This document shows, piece by piece, positions 49,701 to 60,202 of a stretch of DNA of 62,857 bases. Location of the stretch: assembly GCA_017444735.1 (NCBI GenBank), contig JAFSWB010000075.1, positions 1 to 62,857 on the forward strand, read 5' to 3'. Within the stretch, counting starts at the first letter, position 1; every line of letters begins with the position of its first letter. The translations under genes were made by a program, and so were the position numbers. The DNA is from Clostridia bacterium. GTDB taxonomy: Bacteria; Bacillota; Clostridia; Oscillospirales; CAG-272. Under the pieces are notes generated by a model. It searched no databases, had not been told where the DNA came from, and saw only the letters and a program-made list of their open reading frames with translations.

Positions 49701-50800
49701 CCGTGGAGCTTGTCGAACGGCCATTTCGGGAGCTTGACGACGACGTAGTCGAGCGCGGGCTCGAAGCAGGCGCACGTCTTGCCCGTGACGTCGTTCTTTA
49801 TCTCGTCGAGCGTGTACCCGAGGGCGATCTTCGTCGTGATCTTCGCTATCGGGTATCCGGTCGCCTTGCTGGCGAGCGCGGAGGAACGCGAGACGCGCGG
49901 GTTGACCTCGATGACCGCGTAGTCGAACGACTCCGGGTCGAGGGCGAACTGACAGTTGCACCCGCCGACGATGCCGAGCGCCGTGATTATGTTGAGAGAC
50001 GCGCTGCGGAGCATCTGATATTCTCTGTCGGAGAGAGTGAGCGCGGGCGCGACGACGACCGAGTCGCCGGTATGGACGCCGACGGGGTCGACGTTCTCCA
50101 TCGAACAGACCGCGATCACGTTGCCGCGGCTGTCCCGCATCGTCTCAAACTCGATCTCCTTCCACCCGTAGATATACTTTTCGACGAGGATCTGTCCGAT
50201 CGGCGACGCCGAGATCCCGGACGCCGCGACGGAGGAAAGCTCCTCCGGCGTGCGGGCGACGCCGCCCCCGCCTCCGCCGAGCGTGTACGCGGGGCGGACG
50301 ATCACGGGGTAGCCGATCTTTTCGGCGACCTCAAGCGCGCGCGGGACGTCGTTCGCGATGTCGGACGGGATGACCGGCTCGCCGATCCGCTCCATCGTCT
50401 CCTTGAAGAGCTCCCTGTCCTCCGACTTCTTTATCGCGTCGACGTTCGACCCGATGAGGCGGACGCCGTTCTCTTCGAGAAACCCGTCCTCGGCGAGCTT
50501 GACGGCGAGGGTGAGTCCCGTCTGGCCGCCGAGTCCGGCGAGGAGGCAGTCGGGACGCTCTTTCTTTATTATTCTTTTTACCGTGTCGGCGGTCAGCGGT
50601 TCGAGGTAGACCTCGTCCGCGAGGTCGGTGTCCGTCATGACGGTCGCGGGGTTCGAGTTGACGAGGACCGTCTCGATCCCCTCCGCCTCGAGGACGCGGC
50701 ACGCCTGCGTGCCGGCGTAGTCGAATTCCGCCGCCTGACCGATCACGATGGGACCGGAGCCGATCACCATTACTTTCTTTATACCGTTATCTTTTGGCAT
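46751..50800 (-). CDS. carB: carbamoyl-phosphate synthase large subunit fused in frame to a C-terminal DapF-like (diaminopimelate epimerase fold) domain
   Basis: 1349 aa. The first 1068 aa are a full-length CarB (two ATP-grasp units plus an MGS-like domain). The last 281 aa (46751..47596) carry SVGNPH and ERGNGETFACGTGA DapF motifs. Confidence 0.9.
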   Translation of the reverse strand: MPKDNGIKKVMVIGSGPIVIGQAAEFDYAGTQACRVLEAEGIETVLVNSNPATVMTDTDLADEVYLEPLTADTVKRIIKKERPDCLLAGLGGQTGLTLAVKLAEDGFLEENGVRLIGSNVDAIKKSEDRELFKETMERIGEPVIPSDIANDVPRALEVAEKIGYPVIVRPAYTLGGGGGGVARTPEELSSVAASGISASPIGQILVEKYIYGWKEIEFETMRDSRGNVIAVCSMENVDPVGVHTGDSVVVAPALTLSDREYQMLRSASLNIITALGIVGGCNCQFALDPESFDYAVIEVNPRVSRSSALASKATGYPIAKITTKIALGYTLDEIKNDVTGKTCACFEPALDYVVVKLPKWPFDKLHGSSRTLGTQMKATGEVMAIAPSFPAALMKAVRGAEIGVDTLDMRAFEGKSAGELLAAVSQCDDRRLFAVFAALRAGVPEEKIADVTKIDRFFISEIARLSEFENRIAGKKLDGETYLEGKKLGFPDAALDRISGNPIPYHREAVYKIVDTCGGEFDAETPYFYSSYDDECEARLAPRRPGKCVVVLGSGPIRIGQGIEFDYSSVHCAGTLRRLGYDVVIINNNPETVSTDYDTADRLYFEPLTPEDVMNVVAVEEPIGVVVAFGGQTAIKLTKYLDSRGVKILGTSAEGIDTAEDRERFDALLGSLGIKRPRGMGVTGTEEALAAARELGYPVLLRPSYVIGGQNMRIVYSDREVREYMAPILEAGIESPVLVDKYMNGIELELDVISDGEDVLIPGIMEHVERAGVHSGDSIAVIPAFKLNDKMTAVVTEQATARSLALGTRGLVNVQLLIWRGEPYVIEVNPRASRTVPYISKVTGVPMIELATRVMVGEKLASMGYGTGLYKTPPYFAVKVPVFSFEKLPEAFSGLGPEMKSTGEVLGIGKDLNEALFKGMRSAGMLVPSSLRREGVGIFLHADEKDVHELIDLAKKLHDLRFTVWASEATAAMIGRLGIDVRTVDVTCADGVLPSLLKEGTVNYVVFSSLEDADDVKAFDIVHRAAIRSSVPCFTSLDTAEALADIIASRYAEYNTELVDINTMRSERMKLSFAKMEATGADYIVIDNRDGTITCPESLCIKLCDRHYGVGGYGIALIEEPRSEGADIFMRLFNRDGSEGFIAGTGIRSVAKYVYDRGIARRDVVNVETAAGVRSVSVYTSDGKVTMAGVEMGRAEFEPEKVPCTLGGDRVVDRPVKLAGGEYRITCVSVGNPHCVVFCGRVDDLDLDAIGPKFENAPIFPERVNTEFVRVVDPTTLRMRVWERGNGETFACGTGACAAVAAAVENGLCPKGEDVTVKVTGGDLIVNYRDDGITLSGDTKLVFDGVTEY

Positions 50801-51881
50801 TCCGTCTCTCCTCCATCATCCGGACGAACCGGTCGAACAGGAACGAGGTGTCGCGGGGACCGCTTCTCGCCTCGGGGTGGAACTGCACGGAAAAGGCGTT
50901 CGCGTCCGGGTAGTCGACCCCCTCGCAGGTGCCGTCGTTCGCGTTGACGAACGAGACGACGCCCGACCGGAGCGACTCGGGGACGACGGCGTAGCCGTGG
51001 TTCTGCGAGGTGATGTACGTCACCCCGGTTTTTTTGTCGGTCACGGGCTGATTGGCGCCGCGGTGGCCGAACTTCATCTTTTTCGTCGCCGCTCCCGACG
51101 CGAGGGCGAGGAGTTGATGGCCGAGACAGATACCGAAGATCGGGACCCGTCCGACGAGCTTCTTTATCTCCGCCGCGCAGTCGGCGCGCTCGGCGGGGTC
51201 GCCGGGGCCGTTCGACAGCATGACGCCGTCGGGACGCGTCTCGAGGATCGCCTCGGCGTCGATATTCGCGGGGACGGAGAGGACGGTGCAGCCGCGGGCG
51301 ACGAGAGAGGCGGCGATCCCCGCCTTCGCGCCGTAGTCGATCAGCGTCACGGTGTATTTCGGCTCTCCCTCTGCCCGCGTGACGACGGGCCGCGAGGAAG
51401 TGACCGACGGGACGGCGTCCCTCACCCTGTATTCCCGGACTGCGGGCAGGGAGAGAAGGGCGGAGGCGGGCTCTTCGTCCGTCAGGATCGCGTTCATGAC
51501 TCCGCGGTCGCGGATTATCCTCGTGATCTCGCGCGTGTCGACGCCGGAGATCCCGGGGATGCCGTTCTCACGGAGAAAATCGTCGACCGTTCCCTCGCAT
51601 CTGAAGTTGGACGGCTTGCGGCACCACTCGCGCACCACGTAGCCGAAAAGGGCGGGACGCCCCTCGAAATCGGCGGGGATCACGCCGTAGTTGCCGATCG
51701 ACGGGAAGGTCTGCGTCACGATCTGCCCGTAATAGCTCGGGTCGGTCAGACATTCGAGATATCCGCACATGCCCGTCGTGAAGACGAGCTCTCCCACCGT
51801 GCCGCCGGGCGCGGTCTGCGCGCCGAACCCTTCTCCTTCGAAGACGCGGCCGTCCTCGAGTATGAGATATCTTTTCTTCAT
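50787..51881 (-). CDS. carA: carbamoyl-phosphate synthase small (glutaminase) subunit
   Basis: 364 aa. FGICLGHQ catalytic Cys motif. Overlaps the carB start. Confidence 0.95.
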   Translation of the reverse strand: MKKRYLILEDGRVFEGEGFGAQTAPGGTVGELVFTTGMCGYLECLTDPSYYGQIVTQTFPSIGNYGVIPADFEGRPALFGYVVREWCRKPSNFRCEGTVDDFLRENGIPGISGVDTREITRIIRDRGVMNAILTDEEPASALLSLPAVREYRVRDAVPSVTSSRPVVTRAEGEPKYTVTLIDYGAKAGIAASLVARGCTVLSVPANIDAEAILETRPDGVMLSNGPGDPAERADCAAEIKKLVGRVPIFGICLGHQLLALASGAATKKMKFGHRGANQPVTDKKTGVTYITSQNHGYAVVPESLRSGVVSFVNANDGTCEGVDYPDANAFSVQFHPEARSGPRDTSFLFDRFVRMMEERRNAKR

Positions 51882-51957
51882 TGCGTTACCTTTCCGGCTC
51901 CGACCGATTCACGGCCGAAGGCGTTTGTCCGTTATTCCGGTTCCGATAATTCCTCAT

Positions 51958-52944
51958 TCATTCAAGCGTCGCCGCCATGACCGCTTTTATCGTATGCATC
52001 CTGTTCTCCGCCTCGTCGAAAACGACGGAGCGCTCCGACTCGAAGACCTCGTCGGTCACTTCGAGCGCGGTCGTGCCGAACTTCTCGCCGACCTTCCGCC
52101 CGACCTCCGTTCCGAGGTCGTGGTACGCGGGCAGACAGTGCATGAAGATCGCGTCGGGACCCGCCTTTTCCATGAGCGCGGAGTCGACGCGGTACGGCGT
52201 CAGCGCGGCTATGCGGTCCGCCCACACCTCTTCCGGCTCGCCCATCGAGACCCAGACGTCGGTATATATGACGTCCGCGCCGCGGACCGCCTCGGAGGGG
52301 TCCTCCTCGAAGCGCAGCGTCGATCCGGTCGTCTCCGCGATCTTCTTGCAGGTCGAGACGAGCTTTTCGCCGGGGAAATACTCCCTCGGGGCGCAGGCGG
52401 TGAAATCCATACCGACCTTCGCGCAGCCGACCATGAGCGAGTTGCCCATATTGAACCTCGCGTCGCCCGAATAGACGAGCTTTTTGCCGCGAAGAGAGCC
52501 GAAACGCTCCCTGATCGTCAGGAAATCGGCGAGGATCTGCGTCGGATGGAACTCGTCCGTGAGGCCGTTCCAGACCGGGACGTCGGAATAGCGGGCGAGC
52601 GTCTCGACGCGCTCCTGACCGAAGCCGCGGTATTCGATGCCGTCGAACATACGGGAGAGGACGCGCGCCGTGTCGGCGATCGACTCCTTTTTGCCGATCT
52701 GCGAGCCGGACGGGTCGAGGTACGTCACTCCCATCCCGAGGTCGTGACCGGCGACCTCGAACGAACAGCGCGTCCGCGTGCTCGTCTTTTCAAAAATGAG
52801 GACGATGTTCTTGCCGCGGAGGAAGTCGTGGGGGACTCCCGCCTTCTTTTTCGCCTTCAGGTCAGCGGCGAGGTCGATGAGGCCTTCTATCTCCTCCGGT
52901 GTGAAATCGAGCAGTTTCAGAAAATCTCTTCCTTTGAGGTTCAT
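51958..52944 (-). CDS. argF: ornithine carbamoyltransferase
   Basis: 328 aa from [18 protein letters not shown] and HCLP motifs. ATGA overlap with the argD stop. The ORF-track 539-aa extension is an out-of-frame overlap of argD. Confidence 0.95.
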   Translation of the reverse strand: MNLKGRDFLKLLDFTPEEIEGLIDLAADLKAKKKAGVPHDFLRGKNIVLIFEKTSTRTRCSFEVAGHDLGMGVTYLDPSGSQIGKKESIADTARVLSRMFDGIEYRGFGQERVETLARYSDVPVWNGLTDEFHPTQILADFLTIRERFGSLRGKKLVYSGDARFNMGNSLMVGCAKVGMDFTACAPREYFPGEKLVSTCKKIAETTGSTLRFEEDPSEAVRGADVIYTDVWVSMGEPEEVWADRIAALTPYRVDSALMEKAGPDAIFMHCLPAYHDLGTEVGRKVGEKFGTTALEVTDEVFESERSVVFDEAENRMHTIKAVMAATLE

Positions 52945-54122
52945 TCCGTCGTCTCTCCTTTCTCCGCTACCGCGAGGATCACGTCGAGCGCGCGGTCGAG
53001 CAGACCGTCCGGGATGTTGAGCGGCGGCGCGAGGCGCACGCGCCCCTTCGCGCCGAGGACGAGAACGCCCGCCGAGATGCATTTTCCGATGAACGAGGCG
53101 GCGTCCTCCTCCGTCTCGATCCCGATGAGGAGGCCGCGCCCGTATACGCCTTTTATTCCCGGCTTGCCCGAGAGCTTTTCGAAAATGTGAGCGGATTTCC
53201 GGCGGACGGAGGCGAAAAGCTCCTCGTCGAGCCGCGAGACGACGCTGATCGCGCCCGCGCAGCAGACGGGGTTCCCGCCGAACGTCGAGCCGTGCGTCCC
53301 CGCGGTGAGGACGCCCGCCGTCTTTTCCGAGAAGAGGACCGCGCCGACGGGAAGGCCGCCGCCGAGCCCCTTCGCCGTAGTGACGACGTCGGGATGAACG
53401 CCGTGCTCCATATAGGAGTACATATATCCGCATCTGCCGTTCCCGGTCTGCACCTCGTCGATCATCAGAAGGACGTCGTACTTTTCGCACAGGCCGGCGA
53501 CGGCTTTGATGTATTCCGTCGAAAGAGGGCGGACGCCGCCCTCGCCCTGAACGGTTTCGAGAAGGACGGCGGCGCATTTTTCGTTTTTGAGGATCTCCTC
53601 AAGCTCCGCGGCGTCCTCCGGCTCCGCGTAGGCGAATCCGGGCGTCAGGGGAAGGAAATCCTTGTGAAAGACGGCCTGGCCGGTCGCCGCCAGCGTCGCG
53701 AGGGTGCGGCCGTGGAAGCTGTTTTTCATCGTGACGACGGTGAAATACTCCGGTCCCTTGTTCTCCGCCGCCCATTTGCGGGCGGTCTTTATCGCGCACT
53801 CGTTCGCCTCGGCGCCGGAATTCGGGAAAAAGACCTTTTTCATCCCCGTCTTTTCGCACAGAAGCGCCGCGAGGCGGGCGCACGGGTCGGTGTAGTAGAG
53901 ATTCGAGGCGTGCTGGATGCGCGAGAGCTGTTCCGTCACGGCGGCGACCCACTCCGGGTCGCACGCGCCGAAGGAATTCGTCGCGATCCCCGCGCCCATG
54001 TCGATATATTCCTTTCCGCCGGCGTCGGTGAGGAGAGAGCCCGCCCCGCCCGTTATATTCACGTCGAACCGGCGGTACGTCGGGACGATATACTCCCGGT
54101 CGAGTTCTTTCGTGTCTTTCAT
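52941..54122 (-). CDS. argD: acetylornithine aminotransferase
   Basis: 393 aa class-III aminotransferase in arg operon context. Confidence 0.92.
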   Translation of the reverse strand: MKDTKELDREYIVPTYRRFDVNITGGAGSLLTDAGGKEYIDMGAGIATNSFGACDPEWVAAVTEQLSRIQHASNLYYTDPCARLAALLCEKTGMKKVFFPNSGAEANECAIKTARKWAAENKGPEYFTVVTMKNSFHGRTLATLAATGQAVFHKDFLPLTPGFAYAEPEDAAELEEILKNEKCAAVLLETVQGEGGVRPLSTEYIKAVAGLCEKYDVLLMIDEVQTGNGRCGYMYSYMEHGVHPDVVTTAKGLGGGLPVGAVLFSEKTAGVLTAGTHGSTFGGNPVCCAGAISVVSRLDEELFASVRRKSAHIFEKLSGKPGIKGVYGRGLLIGIETEEDAASFIGKCISAGVLVLGAKGRVRLAPPLNIPDGLLDRALDVILAVAEKGETTE

Positions 54123-54123
54123 T

Positions 54124-54993
54124 TCATTCGCCTTTCGTGAACATCGTGCCGATGCCTTCGTCGGTCAGCATTTCGATGAGTATCGCGTGCGGTATCCGTC
54201 CGTCGATGACGAAAACGCGCTTTACTCCGGCGTTTATCGCGTCCGTACAGCTTCTTATCTTCGGGATCATCCCTCCGCTTATGACGCCCGACTCGATGAG
54301 CGATTCGGTCTCGTCGGCGCGAACGGTGCGGATCAGCGATCCGGGGTCGTCGCGGTCGCGGAGGATCCCGCGGATATCGGTGAGCGTGAAGAACGCCTCC
54401 GCCTTTATCGCTCCGGCGATCATCGCCGCCGCCGTGTCGGCGTTGATGTTGTAGCTGTTGCCCTCCTCGTCGCATCCGACGGTGGAGATGACGGGGATAT
54501 AGCCGCGGTCGAGCATATCCCAGACGGGAGCGGGGTTGACGCGCGTGATCTCGCCGACGTAGCCGAGGCGGGGGTCCTTCATCCGCGCGGAGATCATCCT
54601 TCCGTCGATGCCGGAGAGTCCTATCGCCCGCCCTCCCTTCGTTTCGAGAAGATTGACGAGGTCCTTGTTCACCTTTCCGGCGAGGACCATCTGAACGATG
54701 TCGACCGTCTCGCGGTCGGTGACGCGGAGCCCGTCGACGAACTCGCTCTTTTTGCCCGTCCTGCCGAGCATTTCGGTGATCTCCGGCCCTCCGCCGTGGA
54801 CGAGGACGACCTTGACACCGACGAGAGTGAGAAGGACGACGTCGCCCATGACGTCCGCCTTCAGCCCGCCGCTCGTCATCGCGTTCCCGCCGTATTTGAC
54901 GACGACGACTTTATTCGTGTATTTTCTTATGTAGGGGAGCGCCTCGACGAGGATCTTCGCCCGGTCGGCGTTCGTGAGATCGTACGGTGTCAT
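54124..54993 (-). CDS. argB: acetylglutamate kinase
   Basis: 289 aa. VVVKYGGNAM and LVHGGGP motifs. Confidence 0.95.
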   Translation of the reverse strand: MTPYDLTNADRAKILVEALPYIRKYTNKVVVVKYGGNAMTSGGLKADVMGDVVLLTLVGVKVVLVHGGGPEITEMLGRTGKKSEFVDGLRVTDRETVDIVQMVLAGKVNKDLVNLLETKGGRAIGLSGIDGRMISARMKDPRLGYVGEITRVNPAPVWDMLDRGYIPVISTVGCDEEGNSYNINADTAAAMIAGAIKAEAFFTLTDIRGILRDRDDPGSLIRTVRADETESLIESGVISGGMIPKIRSCTDAINAGVKRVFVIDGRIPHAILIEMLTDEGIGTMFTKGE

Positions 54994-55036
54994 TTCAACC
55001 TCCGGAATAATTATAAATGAGCGGGGACGGGACCGG

Positions 55037-56248
55037 TCAGGTCCTGTAGTCCCCGTTTATTTTAACGTAATCGTATGTGAGATCGCATCCCCACGCCGTG
55101 GCGGACGCGTCTCCCTCGCCGAGGGAGACCCTTATCGTGATCTCGTCCTCGGAGAGGATCTTTTTCGCGAGCTCTTCGGAGAACGGCACGCCCGCTCCGT
55201 CGCGGCACACCTCGATATCTCCGGCGCGGGAGGAGAAGACGACGCCGACCCGGTCCGGGTCGATCGGCGCGCCGCTGTACCCGGCGGCGCAGAGGACCCT
55301 GCCCCAGTTCGCGTCCGCTCCGAACATCGCCGCCTTCGTCAGCGACGAGCAGACGACGGCTTTCGCGACCGTCTTTGCGCACTCCTCGTCTTTCGCGCCG
55401 GTGACGGCGCACTCGAGGAGCTTCGTCGCCCCCTCGCCGTCGGCGGCTATCGCGCGGCAGAGCGCGACGGTGACGGTGTTGAGCGCCTTCATGAAGACGG
55501 GGAAATACTCGCTGTCCTCGGTCACCTCGGGAGAGCCCGACGCGCCGTTCGCGAGGACGACGACCATGTCGTTCGTCGACGTGTCCCCGTCGATGCTTAT
55601 CATATTGAACGTGTTCTTTATATCGTGCGAGAGGGCGGCGCGGAGCGCGGACGACGGAACGCTGCAGTCGGTCGTGATGAACACGAGCATCGTCGCCATG
55701 TTCGGGTGGATCATCCCGGAGCCCTTCGCGATACCGCCGAGGCGGCACTCGACGCCTCCGATATCGAACGACACCGCGAACGACTTCATCCTGACGTCGG
55801 TCGTCATTATCGCCTCCGCGGCGAGATCGTTGTGATCGCCGAGTCCCGCGGCGAGCTCGCCGATCCCCGCGGCGATCGGATCGATCGACAGCGGTTCTCC
55901 GATGACGCCGGTCGACGCGACGACGACGTCCGAAGGGTCGATCCCGAGCGCGTCCGCGGCGAGAGAGCACATCTTCTCCGCGATCCCGACGCCGTCGGCG
56001 TTGCAGGTGTTGGCGTTTCCGCTGTTGCAGATGACGGCGCGCGCCGTGCCGTTCTCAAGATTCTTTTTCGTCACCTTGAGAGGGGCGCCCTTGACGAGAT
56101 TCGTCGTATAAACGGCGGCGGCGGACGCGGGGCGGTCGCTCACGATGAGGCAGAGGTCCCTTTTCGTCCTGCTTTTGCGGATACCGCAGTGTATCCCGTT
56201 CGCCGAAAATCCGCGGGGCGAGGTGACCCCGCCTTCTATAAGTTTCAT
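55037..56248 (-). CDS. argJ: bifunctional glutamate N-acetyltransferase / amino-acid acetyltransferase
   Basis: 403 aa from MKLIEGGVTSPRGF. Autocleavage region HPNMATMLVFITTD. Confidence 0.95.
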   Translation of the reverse strand: MKLIEGGVTSPRGFSANGIHCGIRKSRTKRDLCLIVSDRPASAAAVYTTNLVKGAPLKVTKKNLENGTARAVICNSGNANTCNADGVGIAEKMCSLAADALGIDPSDVVVASTGVIGEPLSIDPIAAGIGELAAGLGDHNDLAAEAIMTTDVRMKSFAVSFDIGGVECRLGGIAKGSGMIHPNMATMLVFITTDCSVPSSALRAALSHDIKNTFNMISIDGDTSTNDMVVVLANGASGSPEVTEDSEYFPVFMKALNTVTVALCRAIAADGEGATKLLECAVTGAKDEECAKTVAKAVVCSSLTKAAMFGADANWGRVLCAAGYSGAPIDPDRVGVVFSSRAGDIEVCRDGAGVPFSEELAKKILSEDEITIRVSLGEGDASATAWGCDLTYDYVKINGDYRT

Positions 56249-56265
56249 AGATGGTGTTTCCTTTC

Positions 56266-57210
56266 TCACAGAAGATTGAGAGAGTCCGTTTCCCGGCGGC
56301 CGAGCGCGATGTTCATGCACTGGATCGCCGAGCCGGACGCGCCCTTTCCGAGGTTGTCGAACAGGGCGGCGAGGACGATCCTGTCCTCTTTTCCGAAGAC
56401 GGTGACCGCCATGGAGTCGAAGCCCGAGAGCGCCGCGGCGCTGACGTACCCGCCCCCGAAGAGCGGATCGTCGGGCGGGAGGTATTTCACGACCGGCCCC
56501 GCGTACTTTTCGCGGTAACAGTCGATCACGTCGGAGACGGTAAAGCCGGGGGAGAGATCGTCCGCCGGGAGCGGAACGGTCACGAGCATCCCGGAGTAGA
56601 AATCGGCGACGATCGGCTCGAAAACGGGCGGGACGTCAAGGCGCGAATATTTCTTCATCTCAGGGAGATGCTTGTGCGCCTGACCCGTTCCGTAAAGGCG
56701 CGGAGCGCCGTAAAGAAGCGGGCGGTCCGCCGATTCGTATTCCGCGATCATCTTTTTGCCCCCGCCGCTGTACCCGGTGACGGAGGTCGCCGAAAGGCGC
56801 GCGCTCCCCGGTATTATCCCCGCCCCGACGAGCGGCGCGGCGAGCGCGATGAAGCCGCTCGCGTGACAGCCGGGGTTCGCCGTCCTCTTCGAGGATGCGA
56901 CAGCCGATCTCTGCTCCGGGGAGAGCTCCGCCATTCCGTAGACCCAGCCGTCCGCGGTCCTGTGCGCGGTCGAGGTGTCGATGATCACGGCGTCCGATCC
57001 CTCGGCGAGCGCCGCCGCCTCGCGCGCGGCGTCGTCGGGAAGGCAGAGGAAAACGACGTCGGAGCGGAAAATCGCGCGGCGGCGTTCCTCCGGATCGCGC
57101 CTTTTTTCGTCGGGGATCGAGACGAGCTCGATCCCGTCGATCCCCGAGAGCCGTTCCTTTATGCGGAGGCCCGTCGTGCCGGAGCCCCCGTCGACGAACA
57201 CCCTCTTCAT
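56266..57210 (-). CDS. argC: N-acetyl-gamma-glutamyl-phosphate reductase (short type)
   Basis: 314 aa. NPGCHASG active-site Cys region. Confidence 0.93.
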   Translation of the reverse strand: MKRVFVDGGSGTTGLRIKERLSGIDGIELVSIPDEKRRDPEERRRAIFRSDVVFLCLPDDAAREAAALAEGSDAVIIDTSTAHRTADGWVYGMAELSPEQRSAVASSKRTANPGCHASGFIALAAPLVGAGIIPGSARLSATSVTGYSGGGKKMIAEYESADRPLLYGAPRLYGTGQAHKHLPEMKKYSRLDVPPVFEPIVADFYSGMLVTVPLPADDLSPGFTVSDVIDCYREKYAGPVVKYLPPDDPLFGGGYVSAAALSGFDSMAVTVFGKEDRIVLAALFDNLGKGASGSAIQCMNIALGRRETDSLNLL

Positions 57211-58604
57211 GCCTCCGCCGCCTTTCCGAAGGCGGCGAGGAAGCCGTCGATATATCCGATCTGTTTTTCGACCGACTCCGGCGCCGTCCCGCCGTAGGAG
57301 ACGCGTTTTTTCATCGCCGCGCCGGGGTCGATCGCCTCGTAGAGCGTCTCGTCGAAGACGGGAGAGAATTCGCGGTATTTTTCGAGCGTCACTTCGTCGA
57401 GCGTCAGCCCCTCCGCCGCGCAGTACGAGATCATCCGTCCCGTCGTCTTATACGCGGCGCGGAAGGGAACGCCGCGCTTCGCGAGCCAGTCGGCGAGGTC
57501 GGTCGCCGTTATGAAGCCGTCCCTCGCGGCGGCGAGCATACGGTCGGCGCGGACGCCCATCGTCTTTATCATCGGAGTGAAGACGGAGAGGCAGACCCTG
57601 ACCGTGTCGAGCGCGTCGAACGTCGCCTCCTTGTCCTCCTGCATATCCTTGTTGTACGCGAGCGGGAGGGATTTCATCGTGACGAGAAGGGAGAGAAGGT
57701 CGCCGTAGACGCGCCCCGTCTTCCCGCGCACGAGCTCCGCCATATCGGGGTTCTTTTTCTGCGGCATTATACTGCTCCCGGTGGAGAACGCGCTGTCAAG
57801 CTCGATATATCCGAACTCCGAGGACGACCAGAGGACGATCTCCTCGGAGAAACGGGACAGGTGCATCATCAGGATCGAAAACGCGCTCATCAGCTCGATG
57901 CAGAAGTCGCGGTCGGAGACGGAGTCGATGCTGTTTTCCGTTACCGCGGGGAAGCCGAGCGCCGCCGCCTCCGCCGCGCGGTCGACGGCGAACGTCGTGC
58001 CCGCGAGGGCGCACGCGCCGATCGGAGAGACGTCCATCCTGAGGACGGCGTCCCTTATCCTGCCGCAGTCTCTCGTCAGCATCATCGCGTAAGCCAGAAG
58101 GTGATGGCCGAAGCTCACCGGCTGCGCGCGCTGCAAATGGGTGTAGCCCGGCATAACGGTCTCTTTGTTCTCCTCCGCGCGGTCGCGCAGGACCCGGATG
58201 AGATCGCAGACGAGCGACAGGACGCCCTCCGCCTCTTTTTTGAGGTAAAGGCGCGTGTCGAGCGCGACCTGATCGTTCCGGCTCCTCGCCGTGTGGAGCT
58301 TTTTGCCGGCGTCGCCGATCCTCTCGGTGAGCTCCGTTTCGACGAAGGTGTGGATGTCCTCGGCGGTGGGGTCGATCGCGAGCTTCCCGCTCTTTATATC
58401 GGAGAGGATCGAGGAGAGCCCCCCGACTATCGCGTCGCGGTCGGCGTCCGTGATGATCCCCGTCGAGGCGAGCATCTCGGCGTGAGCGACCGAGCCCTTT
58501 ATGTCCTCCTCGTACATCCGGGAGTCGACCCGTATCGAGGAATTGAAGTCGTCCGCGGTCGGATCGACCGAGCCGTCGGTCCTTCCCGCCCATAGCTTTT
58601 CCAT
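57207..58604 (-). CDS. argH: argininosuccinate lyase
   Basis: 465 aa fumarase/lyase fold (GSSIMPQKKNPD signature). Confidence 0.95.
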   Translation of the reverse strand: MEKLWAGRTDGSVDPTADDFNSSIRVDSRMYEEDIKGSVAHAEMLASTGIITDADRDAIVGGLSSILSDIKSGKLAIDPTAEDIHTFVETELTERIGDAGKKLHTARSRNDQVALDTRLYLKKEAEGVLSLVCDLIRVLRDRAEENKETVMPGYTHLQRAQPVSFGHHLLAYAMMLTRDCGRIRDAVLRMDVSPIGACALAGTTFAVDRAAEAAALGFPAVTENSIDSVSDRDFCIELMSAFSILMMHLSRFSEEIVLWSSSEFGYIELDSAFSTGSSIMPQKKNPDMAELVRGKTGRVYGDLLSLLVTMKSLPLAYNKDMQEDKEATFDALDTVRVCLSVFTPMIKTMGVRADRMLAAARDGFITATDLADWLAKRGVPFRAAYKTTGRMISYCAAEGLTLDEVTLEKYREFSPVFDETLYEAIDPGAAMKKRVSYGGTAPESVEKQIGYIDGFLAAFGKAAEA

Positions 58605-58646
58605 TCTGTCCTGCCTTTCCCCGCCGCGGCGGGACCGGTTACCGGT

Positions 58647-59873
<1,227 letters not shown>

Positions 59874-59919
59874 TTTTGCGTTTCCTTTCGTTCCCGAAGA
59901 GGGAAAAAATACACCGTGG

Positions 59920-59965
59920 TGAATTATTATGCACATATTATATCACACTCGGACCGTCTGCGCAA
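59920..59965 (-). promoter_or_regulatory. candidate arg operon promoter with overlapping ARG-box-like site
   Basis: Minus strand: TTGCGC (59960-59965), 17-nt spacer, TGaTATAAT with the -10 at 59937-59942. TGAATTATTATGCA (59920-59933) lies just downstream. Confidence 0.5.
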
Positions 59966-60102
59966 GGAAATCGGTCAAAAAAATCAAATTCGTCCAAATC
60001 GCGGTAATAATTATAAATAACGGGGTCATATTGGACATTTTCCATAAAAGGGCGAGCGCCCGTCCGGGCTGGGGGAAAAGAACGGGGCGGGGCGTCCTGT
60101 AG

Positions 60103-60137
60103 CGAATAAATATTCATTTTCGATGAATACTAATTCA
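60103..60137. promoter_or_regulatory. two tandem ARG-box-like palindromes (candidate ArgR/AhrC sites)
   Basis: CGAATAAATATTCAT (60103-60117) and TGAATACTAATTCA (60124-60137), centres about 21 bp apart. Both resemble the TGAAT-N4-ATTCA core. Confidence 0.5.
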
Positions 60138-60146
60138 TTTCTCCGG

Positions 60147-60175
60147 TTGACAACCGCTCCGCGCGGCGTTATAAT
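60147..60175 (+). promoter_or_regulatory. consensus sigma-A promoter of copA
   Basis: TTGACA 60147-60152, 17-nt spacer, TATAAT 60170-60175. Confidence 0.7.
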
Positions 60176-60202
60176 ATAGAATCGGAAAGGAAAGGCAGAA
60201 AA

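Noticed and set aside
52945-53577. N-terminal extension of the argF ORF. Similar extensions occur at 35439..35924, 23190..23372, 9565..9759, 38027..38221 and 59874..59936.
   Set aside because: The ORF track takes the most upstream ATG/GTG/TTG. The extensions overlap the upstream genes or promoters, are low-complexity, and a start with a proper RBS exists where the family homology begins.
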